Origin: an uncultured virus (IMG/VR IMGVR_UViG_3300048930_001385)
Taxonomy: Duplodnaviria > Heunggongvirae > Uroviricota > Caudoviricetes
DNA length: 64,000 nucleotides
IMG/VR virus record: IMGVR_UViG_3300048930_001385
Direction: 5' to 3' (one strand)
The notes beneath the pieces were generated by a model. That model did not search any database. It was not told the DNA's origin and saw only the letters and a program-made list of their open reading frames with translations. Both the position numbers and the translations under genes were made by a program. Position 1 is the stretch's first letter. Every line of letters begins with the position of its first letter. Of this stretch, positions 48,531-58,666 are shown piece after piece.

Positions 48531-48581
48531 TGTGGTGATACTATCGGTGTCACGTTGAAGCCCTTGAGGCCAGTATTTGGC

Positions 48582-48968
48582 CTAGTCTTCACCTAGTTGC
48601 CCACCCTCGCTTGCCCCGTGACAGAACGCTTCTCCGTAGGTTAGAAAGTTGTGTTCCCAGTGGTCGGTGCCGGGCCAGTAAATGTCAAACATGCCGTCAC
48701 TCTTGTGGATGATAAAATTGGGCCTTGCATCGGCATGATCAGTATTCTGAACCGTAACCAGGGCATCGAGGATCATTCGCTCGCGGTATTGCTGAGCGTT
48801 TGAGGACATGACTTCGATAACAGCCTCTAGCTGAATAGGGTCTACATCCAGCTTTTTCATCAAGTCCATGATCTCGTCTAGATTAAAATACACTGATACC
48901 ATACCATAGACATTCTCGCCATGATCAAGCTGCTTTGCAATTCTACCGCTCAAGGCTGACCCTTCCAC
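48582..48968 (-). CDS. hypothetical protein
   Basis: 128-aa ORF; stop overlaps a GGCC box. Confidence 0.55.
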   Translation of the reverse strand: MEGSALSGRIAKQLDHGENVYGMVSVYFNLDEIMDLMKKLDVDPIQLEAVIEVMSSNAQQYRERMILDALVTVQNTDHADARPNFIIHKSDGMFDIYWPGTDHWEHNFLTYGEAFCHGASEGGQLGED

Positions 48969-49235
48969 TGTTAACCATTATATCGCCCTGGGTGGTCTCT
49001 CCCCAATGCGTCCGAACGTATCCAGCCCAGTCTGCCCATGCCTCACGGAGGGTCTGGCGCTCATCGGCACTCGCAAGGACAACCCCGCGATACAACTCGC
49101 TTCCGCTCTCGTCAGAGACTCGATAAACTTGAACAGTTGTCTACTGGGATTGCATAGGGTGATTATCGTCATCCGAGCCGCGACGCTTAAGGACAAAGGG
49201 ATGGCCGTCCCAGTTGCACGCGATAGCATAAAGGT

Positions 49236-49757
49236 ATGGCTAAATACGCAGACACTGACGGGTACCCTGTTGAAGTAGAACCGGGTGAATGGGGCGGAAA
49301 TGCCCGGCACCTTTTTATGAACGGTCAATGTCATGCTCTCGCCTATGCGGTAGCGGAGCGAATGGACTGGGAACTAGCACTGATTACTGTTAATGATATT
49401 GATAATGGGATGGTTGTGGCAGAACCGCATGTGACGTTTGTAACGGATGATGGCCGACTTGGCGATGCGGACGGGCTGCATAATGAGGACGTTCTCTTTG
49501 CAGGCTATGAAAACCGGGATGAAGCCGAACCACCGTTCTATATTGATATTCAATACTGGGATGACCGCCAAGCGCTCATGGATTACTTAGTTGAGAGCCC
49601 GTATGAATGGCAGCGACCTGAACTGGAGCTGGCTGAGAGCATGGTTAGCGCTTATATGCGAGAACAAAATCTCGTCCCGGTCCTGGGCGATCTCCATGCT
49701 GCCTCAGAGGCGCCGCCGTTTAACGACGGGCAAAGCCCAGAACTTCATCAACTGTGA
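49236..49757 (+). CDS. acidic hypothetical protein (possible Cys-His-Asp papain-like fold)
   Basis: F.NGQCHALAYA...H......DG...DADG; TAGCAT-N6-ATG. Confidence 0.6.
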   Translation: MAKYADTDGYPVEVEPGEWGGNARHLFMNGQCHALAYAVAERMDWELALITVNDIDNGMVVAEPHVTFVTDDGRLGDADGLHNEDVLFAGYENRDEAEPPFYIDIQYWDDRQALMDYLVESPYEWQRPELELAESMVSAYMREQNLVPVLGDLHAASEAPPFNDGQSPELHQL

Positions 49758-50811
49758 CGAACTCGTAGCCGCGAGAACGGTATGAATTAATGATCCCGGC
49801 AACAGCCGCTGCGGTCTGTGGACGTGATCCTGGACCGTCGTGCATGAGGACGATAGAGCCGTTGCTGCCGGAAGAGCCGACACGGATAATCTGACTCGTT
49901 CCTGGGGAACGCCAATCATTCGTGTCGATATCCCAAATGATCGTTGCCATACCCTCTCGGGCGGCGTTACCAACCACTGTTGAATTAACAGCGCCATAGG
50001 GTGGACGGAAGGTGCAGGGAGTTACCCCCGACACCGCACGGATACGCTGACTAGTCCTCCTCAGCGAAGACTGACTGGGCAGACGCTCATGGCCCCAAGA
50101 ATGATTAGCAAGCTCGTGTCCTTCGCGGCGCATGCGATTGAGGAGGGGAGCGTAAGAACTAGAAATATTTGCCCCATTCATATAGAACGTCGCTGGAACT
50201 TGATAATCGCGCAATGTGTTCATGATCCGCGCAGTGTAAGGCCCGGTTCCATCATCAAACGTTAGTGCGACCGTCTTCGCACCACGCCAGCCGTGATGGT
50301 ACATACGCCCCTGCGCCTGACAATTAGCCTGCCCAGAGTAGGCGATCTTCAACCCGGGAGTCACCTCGGTGCAGATAGCAGCGCACGGGTCAGAAGCAGT
50401 TGTGAGGAATACGCGAGCCCGAGCTCGAACTCCAGATCCAGGAGCATAATCAAGATAAGAAGCACGAACCCAAATGCGGATAACCCGGCCATGATAAGAG
50501 ATACGTGCGGGCCGATTCTTGCCCTGCCAGCGAACAAGCTGATGAGAGGGTACCATGCAGGCCAGACCCTTGCTCATATCAATACAAACACGAATACGCT
50601 GACTTGGCCGAGGAGCCTCGTAACGGAATATCAGGTTGTAAACGATCCCACGTCCACTCTGTGCGACACTGAAACCAGTCATGTCGATAGAGTTGCCACC
50701 GACGACATCCCCTGCTGGATCAGATGTACTCGCACGAGAAGGTAGAGCCATCGCCGATGAGGCGGTCATGAGCATGATAATAATTGCGATAATCGGAGCG
50801 TACCTGTTCAT
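49720..50811 (-). CDS. Secreted polysaccharide deacetylase (CE4/NodB)
   Basis: Signal peptide; ALTFDDG, NHSWGH, FRPPYG, DTNDW, IVLMHD. Confidence 0.93.
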   Translation of the reverse strand: MNRYAPIIAIIIMLMTASSAMALPSRASTSDPAGDVVGGNSIDMTGFSVAQSGRGIVYNLIFRYEAPRPSQRIRVCIDMSKGLACMVPSHQLVRWQGKNRPARISYHGRVIRIWVRASYLDYAPGSGVRARARVFLTTASDPCAAICTEVTPGLKIAYSGQANCQAQGRMYHHGWRGAKTVALTFDDGTGPYTARIMNTLRDYQVPATFYMNGANISSSYAPLLNRMRREGHELANHSWGHERLPSQSSLRRTSQRIRAVSGVTPCTFRPPYGAVNSTVVGNAAREGMATIIWDIDTNDWRSPGTSQIIRVGSSGSNGSIVLMHDGPGSRPQTAAAVAGIINSYRSRGYEFVTVDEVLGFARR

Positions 50812-50889
50812 GTGTCCTCAATTCTAGTTTGGGTCAGGGTAGACCATATGGGTTTTATCGGTGTTGTAGGCTAGTTGCTATAGGCCAAC

Positions 50890-51642
50890 TTATGGCCGCC
50901 AAGCCTCACAGTAAAATGGACCGTCCCAATCCTGTACCCATGAAGGAGCGCCTGGATCATAACGCAGCTCGTCAGAAAGATCAGTGGAGAGCTGGGTTGC
51001 TTCTTCGATAGCGCTTTCAATAGTATGGGTGTAATTTTTGACAGCGTATTCAACAAGCTTTTTAAGATACATCGGCGTCACATTCCACTGGGAAGGGCCC
51101 TCGTCATCAACAATCACAGCATAGTCGTTGACCCAAGCCTGAGGTACAATTCGGGCGACGTAGCCAGCATAGAGCGCCTCGTCCTCGTCTGTCAAGGGGA
51201 CAGAGCTGGGTACAATCTCATTCTGCAAACGGGTGACGATATCCCGGACCTCTTCGGAAGAAAGCTTGCCAGCCTTGTCAGGGTGTTCCCACGGGGGTCG
51301 GGTTGGCACCAGGTCATTCTTGTAACGCGGGATAATATGAGTATGTACATGGGCCAGAGTGTTCCCCAGTGTGGCGTAATTGACACGAGCAGCGCCCATC
51401 ACCTTGCGCACCGCACCACCGGCATGGATAGTCTCACGCATGAACGCCTCGGCGATATAGCTCGGTACCTCGTCGAGGTGCTCGTAATGACCCTTAATCA
51501 TTAGGATGCATCGACCTGGGAAACGGTCATCGTTATACAAACCAAGAACCGAGTGCTCATATTCAGCGACGGGAATCCAAAGATCAAAGCCGCAGTCCTC
51601 GCATTGCAGGAGGGTGGTCTCGCCGGGGATATTAGTTTTCAT
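50890..51642 (-). CDS. HIT-family hydrolase with C-terminal extension
   Basis: PGRC.L..K.H, NYATLGN..AHVHTHIIPRY. Confidence 0.85.
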   Translation of the reverse strand: MKTNIPGETTLLQCEDCGFDLWIPVAEYEHSVLGLYNDDRFPGRCILMIKGHYEHLDEVPSYIAEAFMRETIHAGGAVRKVMGAARVNYATLGNTLAHVHTHIIPRYKNDLVPTRPPWEHPDKAGKLSSEEVRDIVTRLQNEIVPSSVPLTDEDEALYAGYVARIVPQAWVNDYAVIVDDEGPSQWNVTPMYLKKLVEYAVKNYTHTIESAIEEATQLSTDLSDELRYDPGAPSWVQDWDGPFYCEAWRP

Positions 51643-51937
51643 AAGTACTCCTGTGTTTGCGGATGATTGAAGAAGTAGTGGCGTCAGGCATCCATACTTG
51701 TGCGCGTATACGTCCGTCAGTCATCATCTGAGCAAGTTCGGGATTGTAGTGCAGTAGCGCCCAGTCGCGACGATACTCTCGCTCCACTCCATCCTTGTCA
51801 ATAAGACACCAGCGGTGCTGATTATCATCGTAATCGTAATAGCCGAGCTGGTATGGCCCGACCTGAATCATACGGCCGTAGGCAATAGATCGCAGCGGCT
51901 GCAGTGAACGACATAGGATTGTCAGAACGTGGAACAT
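51632..51937 (-). CDS. hypothetical protein
   Basis: GAGG RBS; overlaps the HIT gene start. Confidence 0.55.
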   Translation of the reverse strand: MFHVLTILCRSLQPLRSIAYGRMIQVGPYQLGYYDYDDNQHRWCLIDKDGVEREYRRDWALLHYNPELAQMMTDGRIRAQVWMPDATTSSIIRKHRSTYEN

Positions 51938-52015
51938 TATGACCTCGGTTAGGTTTTGTGGCGCTACTACTTGTATCGGCATTCTTGAGCAAAGCTGTAG
52001 GCCAGGGCCATGGCC

Positions 52016-52261
52016 CTAGACGGGGGCGATCATCTCAAGCACACACAGCTCTATCTGTGTCAGGTGCGCACACAGATTACCCTTCTCCAGAGACCATTCT
52101 CCGTAGAGCACCTCTGTCCCCGAATCTCTCGCGCTCAGGCTCAGGCACTGATCAGAGATTTCGCCGTGGATGAGGAACTCATTGTAAGCAAGTACAAAAT
52201 CACCCTCACTCACACCCACCCTGTGCCGTAATGACCACTCGCGAATACAGACCTTGTTCAT
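52016..52261 (-). CDS. hypothetical protein
   Basis: 81 aa; ATGA coupling. Confidence 0.55.
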   Translation of the reverse strand: MNKVCIREWSLRHRVGVSEGDFVLAYNEFLIHGEISDQCLSLSARDSGTEVLYGEWSLEKGNLCAHLTQIELCVLEMIAPV

Positions 52262-53211
52262 TCGACCTCTCGCAAGAGGTTATACATTGCCAGCGGCAAG
52301 GCGTACCAGGTATCCATGGCCACAGCCCCATTACGGCCATAGAAAGCTGCCATCCAACCACCGTCACCGGTGCCCATGAGTGATGAGCCATACCTCAGTA
52401 CGAGAGCTAGGTTTGATTCGTCACTATGGTGGACCAATCGCTGGAGAAGTTCTAAGTCATCGGGGATCATGCTGGTGCGTAGACTGTATGGCTCAGCGGG
52501 TGTTGTCTGTCCAATGACTCTCTGGATTGTTTGTATCCACTGAGTGATGGCTGCGGGACTGAAAGAGCCATCTTTGCTAGCCCGGAGAGAAGGGAGAAGA
52601 TAAACCGGATCATTCCAGCGCTCCTCGCGGTCATAGACAGTCCCGGGTTCAAGAACACTGGTTGTGTACAAAGCACCAGGATTGCCCTGATAATCCAGGA
52701 GTAAGGACGGCTTTATTGCCACTGAGCGAACACCCTCTGGCGAGAGGATCTGATAATGAATTACTTGTGCAAGGTTCCCGAACCCGGAGCACTGATAGCA
52801 GGAGGGGCGGTAACGACCGCTACCATGGCAATGTGTACACCTGGGATCGCTTTTACAATGGCAGTCACGCTCTGGTATCTGTCCTGCTCCGTTGCAAACC
52901 TCGCATCGGACTAGCTCTTGAGGAGTATCAGTGTCGACAAGGTGCTCTAGAACAGGTGTATAAGTCAGACCTGAACGGTGTCCCTCATAACCTGAAGCCC
53001 ATCGGAGAAAAGTATCTAAATCAGGATAATTTGATATTGGATCACTGGCTAGATCAGGAACATCCACACGGTGCGGAATGCCAGAGATCTTTATCCAAAT
53101 AGGCGTTGTTGTAGATCCCCTGCGAAGCCCCTCTATCTGAAAGCCTAACTGCGCGTGGTAAGATAACTCAGGCGCGCCAGAGAGTGAATGTAATGCCTGA
53201 GCTATGTTCAT
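52258..53211 (-). CDS. Protein with DnaJ-type CxxCxGxG zinc finger
   Basis: CEVCNGAG, CTHCHGSG, CYQCSGFG; TATGTT-N6-ATG. Confidence 0.7.
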   Translation of the reverse strand: MNIAQALHSLSGAPELSYHAQLGFQIEGLRRGSTTTPIWIKISGIPHRVDVPDLASDPISNYPDLDTFLRWASGYEGHRSGLTYTPVLEHLVDTDTPQELVRCEVCNGAGQIPERDCHCKSDPRCTHCHGSGRYRPSCYQCSGFGNLAQVIHYQILSPEGVRSVAIKPSLLLDYQGNPGALYTTSVLEPGTVYDREERWNDPVYLLPSLRASKDGSFSPAAITQWIQTIQRVIGQTTPAEPYSLRTSMIPDDLELLQRLVHHSDESNLALVLRYGSSLMGTGDGGWMAAFYGRNGAVAMDTWYALPLAMYNLLREVE

Positions 53212-53238
53212 ACGTAGAACATACCACATCGGTGTTGA

Positions 53239-54354
53239 TTAGCGGTTCTGCATAGCGAGCTGACGAGCTTTCATATTAGCCAGTACACCAGTCAAGATAA
53301 ACACGATGCCCCAGAGGATCATAAGTGTCTCGTTGCGACCAGTGTGTGGCAGCTTGCCTTCGGGAGTGGCAATATTCGCAGTTGGCGCTGCATCAGCAGG
53401 ACCCGCTACAATTGGTTCTCCATCTTCAACCGGCTCACCATTCTCTCCACCAGTTTCTCCCCCGGTCTCACCACCATTCTCGCCCCCGGTCTCACCGCCA
53501 GTTTCGCCTCCAGTTTCGCCTCCAGTTTCTCCCCCGGTCTCTCCGCCAGTTTCACCGCCGGTGTCGCCACCACCGCCAGTAGTAGTGAGAATACAGTTGC
53601 CGTTGCTGTCAGCTGTGTGTCCCGCTGGAACAGAAGTCTGCATCCCGTCAATATTTAGACACAGATCAGTTTCTTGGGTTGGGGTGATGCATTGACCCTC
53701 AACCATCTGCATTCCATCGGGGACGCTTAGCTGATTACCATCAATATTCGGACAGACATCAATGGGGACACAGTTGCCACCAACTAGCTCCATGCCAGCA
53801 GGAACGCCAGGCTGATGACCATCAAGGTTCGGGCAGACATCGGCAATACACTTGGGATCTCCCTTCGGATCCCAAATTCCACCAGCATCTTCACATTGGC
53901 GCTTACCTTCGTCACCACCACCACCTTGGTTGTCACCGGTGCCGCCATCGTTGCCTCCGCCACCGTTTGTTGGGGTCACACAATTGCCATTGCCATCAAC
54001 AATCATCCCATCGGGCACGTTCTGTTGCATGCCATTGATGTTTGGGCAAAGATCGGTAGGCTGACCACCGCTTCCTCCCCCACCATTGTTAGGAGTAACG
54101 CAGTTTCCATTGCCATCAACAATCATGCCATTAGGCACGCTTTGCTGCATACCGTTGATGTTCGGGCAGAGATCAGTAGGCGCTCCGCCCCCTTGTCCAC
54201 CGCCCGGAGCAGCATAACTACTGATACCCCCTACAACACCGAAAAGAACTAAGCTTGATATTAGTAGTAAAATAATTTTTGATTTGTTAAATAGAGTGGT
54301 TGATCCTTGTTGAGACCGCTTCATGACGTCTTCCTTTCTTATTAGAGACGTCAT
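53239..54354 (-). CDS. Secreted LPXTG-anchored surface protein with D(L/V)CPNI(D/N)G Cys repeats and GGET low-complexity repeats
   Basis: Signal/TM segment, five DxC.N..G.Q..VP.G repeats, LPHTG + hydrophobic segment + basic tail. Confidence 0.85.
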   Translation of the reverse strand: MTSLIRKEDVMKRSQQGSTTLFNKSKIILLLISSLVLFGVVGGISSYAAPGGGQGGGAPTDLCPNINGMQQSVPNGMIVDGNGNCVTPNNGGGGSGGQPTDLCPNINGMQQNVPDGMIVDGNGNCVTPTNGGGGNDGGTGDNQGGGGDEGKRQCEDAGGIWDPKGDPKCIADVCPNLDGHQPGVPAGMELVGGNCVPIDVCPNIDGNQLSVPDGMQMVEGQCITPTQETDLCLNIDGMQTSVPAGHTADSNGNCILTTTGGGGDTGGETGGETGGETGGETGGETGGETGGENGGETGGETGGENGEPVEDGEPIVAGPADAAPTANIATPEGKLPHTGRNETLMILWGIVFILTGVLANMKARQLAMQNR

Positions 54355-54505
54355 TTATACTATTACTAATATGAAAAGGGCACGTAAATTGTGCATACTT
54401 TTAGGTAACTTCAGACCAATAACGATAATGAGTTCTGATTAAGATTGCAAAAGAGATCGCGAAAGAGAGAACAGATCCCTCTTTAGAGGTAGTAGCATAT
54501 AGTCT

Positions 54506-54904
54506 ATGGATATGTGGACTCTTGAGCAAGTAAAAAATATATTACCAGCAAGCTCGCGCAGGTATCTTCTGGACGTTGATGCTAGTCGGGCTATGCCGCT
54601 TGATGAGTGGTCCAGTAAGATCTCGCGGCAGCCACAGGTGCTCTACGCTCTAATCAGAGAGCTTGGGGAAATCCCGGGTATTGGTCCCATGCGCGCCCGT
54701 GCGCTCGTCTTTGGCGAAGGTAGCAAGGATCAGTGGCTTGTACAGTGGAGCCAGATCGTACGTGATATCAAGCACGACCCATCGGTATTACGAAGCGACT
54801 GGGATCCATTCACGGGGCGAAAGGGTCTCGCTTATACTCGTGAAGCCGTCTACAATATCTGCAAATGGCTGTGGTCCTGGCATAACGTGCGCACTACTGT
54901 CTGA
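54506..54904 (+). CDS. HhH-motif paralog family protein
   Basis: LGEIPGIGPMRARAL ... AVYNICKWLWSW; closest to 4477..4908. Confidence 0.75.
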   Translation: MDMWTLEQVKNILPASSRRYLLDVDASRAMPLDEWSSKISRQPQVLYALIRELGEIPGIGPMRARALVFGEGSKDQWLVQWSQIVRDIKHDPSVLRSDWDPFTGRKGLAYTREAVYNICKWLWSWHNVRTTV

Positions 54905-54922
54905 AATCCACAGGATGTGGTC

Positions 54923-54951
54923 TTGCAGGGTAGAGTTTGATCTGCTATAAT
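54923..54951 (+). promoter_or_regulatory. sigma70/SigA-type promoter of tRNA-Met
   Basis: TTGCAG-N17-TATAAT. Confidence 0.7.
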
Positions 54952-54956
54952 AAGAA

Positions 54957-55043
54957 TGCGGAGTAGAGAAGTGGTATCTCGCCGGGCTCATAACCCGGAG
55001 GCTGTTAGACGGGCAAAAGTTGGTTCGATTCCCCCCTCCGCTA
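54957..55043 (+). tRNA. Initiator-type tRNA-Met(CAU), aberrant (~15-nt insertion, mismatched T-stem)
   Basis: CCGGG-CTCATAA-CCCGG with three G-C pairs; 1:72 mismatch; GCGGAG/CTCCGC acceptor. Confidence 0.7.
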
Positions 55044-55045
55044 TA

Positions 55046-55082
55046 AATAGAGGGAGAGCAGATTATCTGCTCTCCCTCTATT
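55046..55082. terminator. Perfect 18-bp hairpin between convergent units
   Basis: AATAGAGGGAGAGCAGAT-T-ATCTGCTCTCCCTCTATT. Confidence 0.75.
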
Positions 55083-55104
55083 GCGTATAAGTTAATTTGT
55101 CAAC

Positions 55105-55551
55105 TCAAGAAAAGAGCCCATAGCCTCCATAGCTAAGGTGCCGGCCCTGATCGTCACGGCCGTTGAAGACCAGCGAAGGCATTCGCTCAATCTCCAGATC
55201 AATTTCCAGGTCGGGATCACTGGCCTTGAGCACCATCACCAGCAGACGGGCATAGCCCTCGCTATGCTCTCGGAGCATGTTCCAATCAACATCGTCGCGC
55301 TCAAAGAGACTAACTGCCTCGGGAATTACACTGACGATAGAATCGAGCTGAGCATCGGTAATGTGCGCTGCTTCGTACTCGGCGAAGAATCCGCTGAATC
55401 CCGGAATAAGGGTATCCATCTGAAAGACAACCTCTCGCACTTCTTCCACAGGCTTATTACTGATCGCAGTGTACCAGTCACAGCGCCCGTGCCCATCGCC
55501 TGACCAGTCGCCGACGGGGATCTGGAAGCGGTATCCGTTGATAGGGGTCAT
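55105..55551 (-). CDS. conserved phage hypothetical protein
   Basis: GDWSGDGHG motif and terminal GYGLF. Confidence 0.75.
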   Translation of the reverse strand: MTPINGYRFQIPVGDWSGDGHGRCDWYTAISNKPVEEVREVVFQMDTLIPGFSGFFAEYEAAHITDAQLDSIVSVIPEAVSLFERDDVDWNMLREHSEGYARLLVMVLKASDPDLEIDLEIERMPSLVFNGRDDQGRHLSYGGYGLFS

Positions 55552-55588
55552 GTCTTCTTGCTCCTTGGGTAGTTGTTCATTATAGAGC

Positions 55589-56263
55589 TTAGGCCAACGA
55601 GCTAGAGAGAGTACAGTCCGCTTTTCGTCCTTCGTAGGCATCACAGTAGTCGCGCAGGTCACGAGCGAGTTGCTTAACGTTCTCAATCTTCAGGAGGGTA
55701 GAGGCTCCTGAATTAAACGGGGACATGTAATTAGCAGTGTAGCGAGCGCGATGGTTATGGATTGCTTCGTGCTGCTGCTCCGTAAGCGGGCCGTAAGGTC
55801 GCTTGGCCAGTGGCCCAAAGCCATACCAAGCCTGCTCAGCCGGATCAGTGATCTCGTATGCACTGCCCATGCTCAGACAAAAATACTCCTGCTCCCAAGG
55901 ATTGCCGTTCTGGTCAAGCTCTTCTTCATCGCCATCGTAAGGATGCGAGGGCCAGCCATCGAGTACGAGATAATTCTCACTACCGTACTGGTCATCGGGA
56001 ACACGAATTGTGCGCGCATGACCCGCACCCTTCCCACCCTTGTTGCGGGTTTCCTTATAGATCGCAAGAAATTGGATCAGCTGGCCCTGGAAGCGACGCA
56101 GACTCATAGTGCTGAGCAGCATTGCCCCATTGCTGATTCGTAGAACATGGAGGTCGGTCCCATAGAACTCACATGGCTCGGTTTCGCGGGAGTCAATGGT
56201 TACCGGTTCGTCCTCGGGAAAGCCTGAGGGGATGTTGACGACGTACTGCTGTGCAAGTGCCAT
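55589..56263 (-). CDS. hypothetical protein
   Basis: 224 aa; GAGG RBS. Confidence 0.7.
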   Translation of the reverse strand: MALAQQYVVNIPSGFPEDEPVTIDSRETEPCEFYGTDLHVLRISNGAMLLSTMSLRRFQGQLIQFLAIYKETRNKGGKGAGHARTIRVPDDQYGSENYLVLDGWPSHPYDGDEEELDQNGNPWEQEYFCLSMGSAYEITDPAEQAWYGFGPLAKRPYGPLTEQQHEAIHNHRARYTANYMSPFNSGASTLLKIENVKQLARDLRDYCDAYEGRKADCTLSSSLA

Positions 56264-56349
56264 GATTTACCTCTTCAGTTGCTAGTGTGTGAGAGTGTTG
56301 TCGGCACAGAGCAAGTCTTGTCTGAGGCCGACTCTTTGGCCGTGCCAAG

Positions 56350-56432
56350 TACCGGAGGCGGGATTCGAACCCGCACGTCCTTACGGACAGAGGTTTTTGA
56401 GACCTCCGCGTCTACCATTCCGCCACTCCGGC
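56350..56432 (-). tRNA. tRNA-Leu(CAA)
   Basis: GCCGGAG..GGCGGAATGGTAGACGC-GAGGT-CTCAAAA-ACCTC, long variable arm, GGTTCGAATCC; own promoter at 56445. Confidence 0.93.
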
Positions 56433-56477
56433 TTGTATCTGTTGTATCGGCCTAGCTTGATTTTACTGAAGGCCGAC

Positions 56478-58076
56478 CTACTGGCCGCTTACACCAGCCT
56501 CCTGCTCACGAAGCTGCTTTGTAAGAGCTTCGAGTCGCTGGAGCCGCTTCTGATCCTCAGCCGCATCGGCACGCTCCTCTGCAAGCAACGCCTCAAGCTG
56601 CTCTGCAATAGTCGCGTTCTCGCCAAGATCCTCTACGCTATCAGGAACACTCTTCTCCGGCAGCTTGCCGCTCTCTAGCGACTCCAGGAGCTTGTCTGTA
56701 GCTTCAGGGTCGGTGTCATGGTTGAACACGGCGACAACACGGTTCTTGTCGGCGTCTACAATCACGCTCTTAGTAACCTCGGTTCGGGTGGAAGGAATGA
56801 TAGAGATAAGATAATGGAGGCGGTTATCATAGAAGACCGGCCTCGGCTCTGCTGCCTTGAACTTGCCGCGACCCGAGCCAAAGACGATGCCCTCGTAGTT
56901 ACGACCAGCGGCAGCATCAAGCGCTCGGCGCGGACCAGCGAAACTCTGGCTTTTGTTTACGCGCCAGATTTCAGTCTTACCATCTACCGCGTCGGTCAAG
57001 AAGACTGCCTTAACAGCCCCTTCCTTACTCGCTGGCTCTGCCACAGATACCCACTTAAGACTGTCACCAAACGATAGCAAGTACGGTTGCGAGTTATTCT
57101 CATCGGGATCAGGGATCTGAGTCACATCCTGCTTAGCGAACCACTTATTAAGAATACCGCCGTTGTAAGCATAAGCATCGTGGATCTGGCGAGCAAGCTT
57201 CTCAGGGAAGAGTCTCCCACTCTCGGCAAGAATACTATTCTTTGCTGCCTGCTCGGGTGTCAAGTCTTCAATTCTGCCGTCATGATGGACAAGAACCACA
57301 CCGGCAAAGTACGGGCTCTTCTTGAGGAAGCCCTTATACTTCACATAAGGAGCGGCAAACAGAACCTCGTTCTCACCAACTGGGATTGCGAAGATTTCGG
57401 TCACGTTCGCAAGGTAGTGCTTCTTATATACTCGCCAGCGGATACCGTCCGAGTATCGCATGGAAGGGCCAACATCAAACTTTTGCTCGTAGTTTACAGT
57501 GTCACCATTTACCTCAGAGGCAGTGATACTGACTGCCCCTGCCGTGTTCTGGGTGATGGAGCGCCACATGCCGTTAGGGGCCTGCTCATAAGTCCAGTGG
57601 AGCTGCCCATCACGCTCACGAACAATATGACTATTGCGCAGGGTCTCAGTTGAGGAGGAGAAATTGTTATTAACGATCTGATCAGCGACTTCCTTCGGCA
57701 TCACCCGAACCACGCCACCCTCGGGCAGAGTTGTCACAGCCTTGTAATCGCTAGTAGCGTATAGAGCCTCGGCATTCCAAGCATGCTGGAACACCATTCC
57801 TGTGAGCGCAACCAAGACACCGATGATGCCAAATAGCCAAGCAGAAACAGTGACCGCAAAGTTCTCTGCAATATTAAAGAGCGCTGCGAGAAAGGCTACC
57901 CCTACCATTCCCAACCCGATAGTCAACACCGGGTGGAGGTAGAAGAACATTACCGTCCCGTGGAGGACGCCAAGCGGCCGGATTGCGTAGAGTCCGAGCG
58001 TGATAGCAGCCAAGATGCCGACAATGACGGCGATAGTGATAGCTACTGCGGTGATTCTTGCCTTGTTCTTGTCCAT
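56478..58076 (-). CDS. Membrane protein with a large extracytoplasmic domain
   Basis: 532 aa; 3 N-terminal TM segments; C-terminal coiled coil; leaderless start. Confidence 0.8.
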   Translation of the reverse strand: MDKNKARITAVAITIAVIVGILAAITLGLYAIRPLGVLHGTVMFFYLHPVLTIGLGMVGVAFLAALFNIAENFAVTVSAWLFGIIGVLVALTGMVFQHAWNAEALYATSDYKAVTTLPEGGVVRVMPKEVADQIVNNNFSSSTETLRNSHIVRERDGQLHWTYEQAPNGMWRSITQNTAGAVSITASEVNGDTVNYEQKFDVGPSMRYSDGIRWRVYKKHYLANVTEIFAIPVGENEVLFAAPYVKYKGFLKKSPYFAGVVLVHHDGRIEDLTPEQAAKNSILAESGRLFPEKLARQIHDAYAYNGGILNKWFAKQDVTQIPDPDENNSQPYLLSFGDSLKWVSVAEPASKEGAVKAVFLTDAVDGKTEIWRVNKSQSFAGPRRALDAAAGRNYEGIVFGSGRGKFKAAEPRPVFYDNRLHYLISIIPSTRTEVTKSVIVDADKNRVVAVFNHDTDPEATDKLLESLESGKLPEKSVPDSVEDLGENATIAEQLEALLAEERADAAEDQKRLQRLEALTKQLREQEAGVSGQ

Positions 58077-58134
58077 GATCAGGGTATCGGCACTTTCTCT
58101 TTAGGGTAGAGGCCAAAAGGATGGCCCTGAGCGA

Positions 58135-58545
58135 TCAGAGTTGAGCGTTCTCGTAATAGGGGAGGACCTGGAGCTGCTCCATTGCTTCATAGATCTTGCG
58201 CATATTGTGGAGAGAACCGCCGCCGAGCTTGTCATTCATCACCTTTTCTGCACGAATAACTATAAACACACTGCCGCCGTTCTCTTCATTAACAAACTCG
58301 TCATAGATACTTGCAAGGTATTCTTGCGCGCGTTCTTGTTCTGAGTGCATTGCGCGCTGGAGGCGAATGAGCATATTCATCAGGTGTTCGTCGCCCTGAT
58401 AAGGTAGATCATCACGATCTTGGGCTTGGGCTACAATACCGTCAGCGTACTTACGATGATTCTGAACTTCACTGCGTAGCGCTACCAGCCTGTTCATGAG
58501 GCTGTCATCCCGACTAATTTCCTGATGTACCCACTCGGTTTCCAT
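58135..58545 (-). CDS. hypothetical protein
   Basis: Leaderless ATG 8 nt after GCCGATA. Confidence 0.7.
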   Translation of the reverse strand: METEWVHQEISRDDSLMNRLVALRSEVQNHRKYADGIVAQAQDRDDLPYQGDEHLMNMLIRLQRAMHSEQERAQEYLASIYDEFVNEENGGSVFIVIRAEKVMNDKLGGGSLHNMRKIYEAMEQLQVLPYYENAQL

Positions 58546-58666
58546 AAGAAAGGTATCGGCACAATCAGCAACGAGCTTGAGGACAGTGTGGTGGCCGCCC
58601 TGCGGGCGCTACACGAGTAGGGCAGCGTGGCGACCTCTGACCATTGATCACTCAGTCTATTTATCC

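Noticed and set aside
53445..53575. 12-bp GGET repeat as a regulatory or contingency locus
   Set aside because: It is an in-frame low-complexity linker of a cell-wall-anchored protein.
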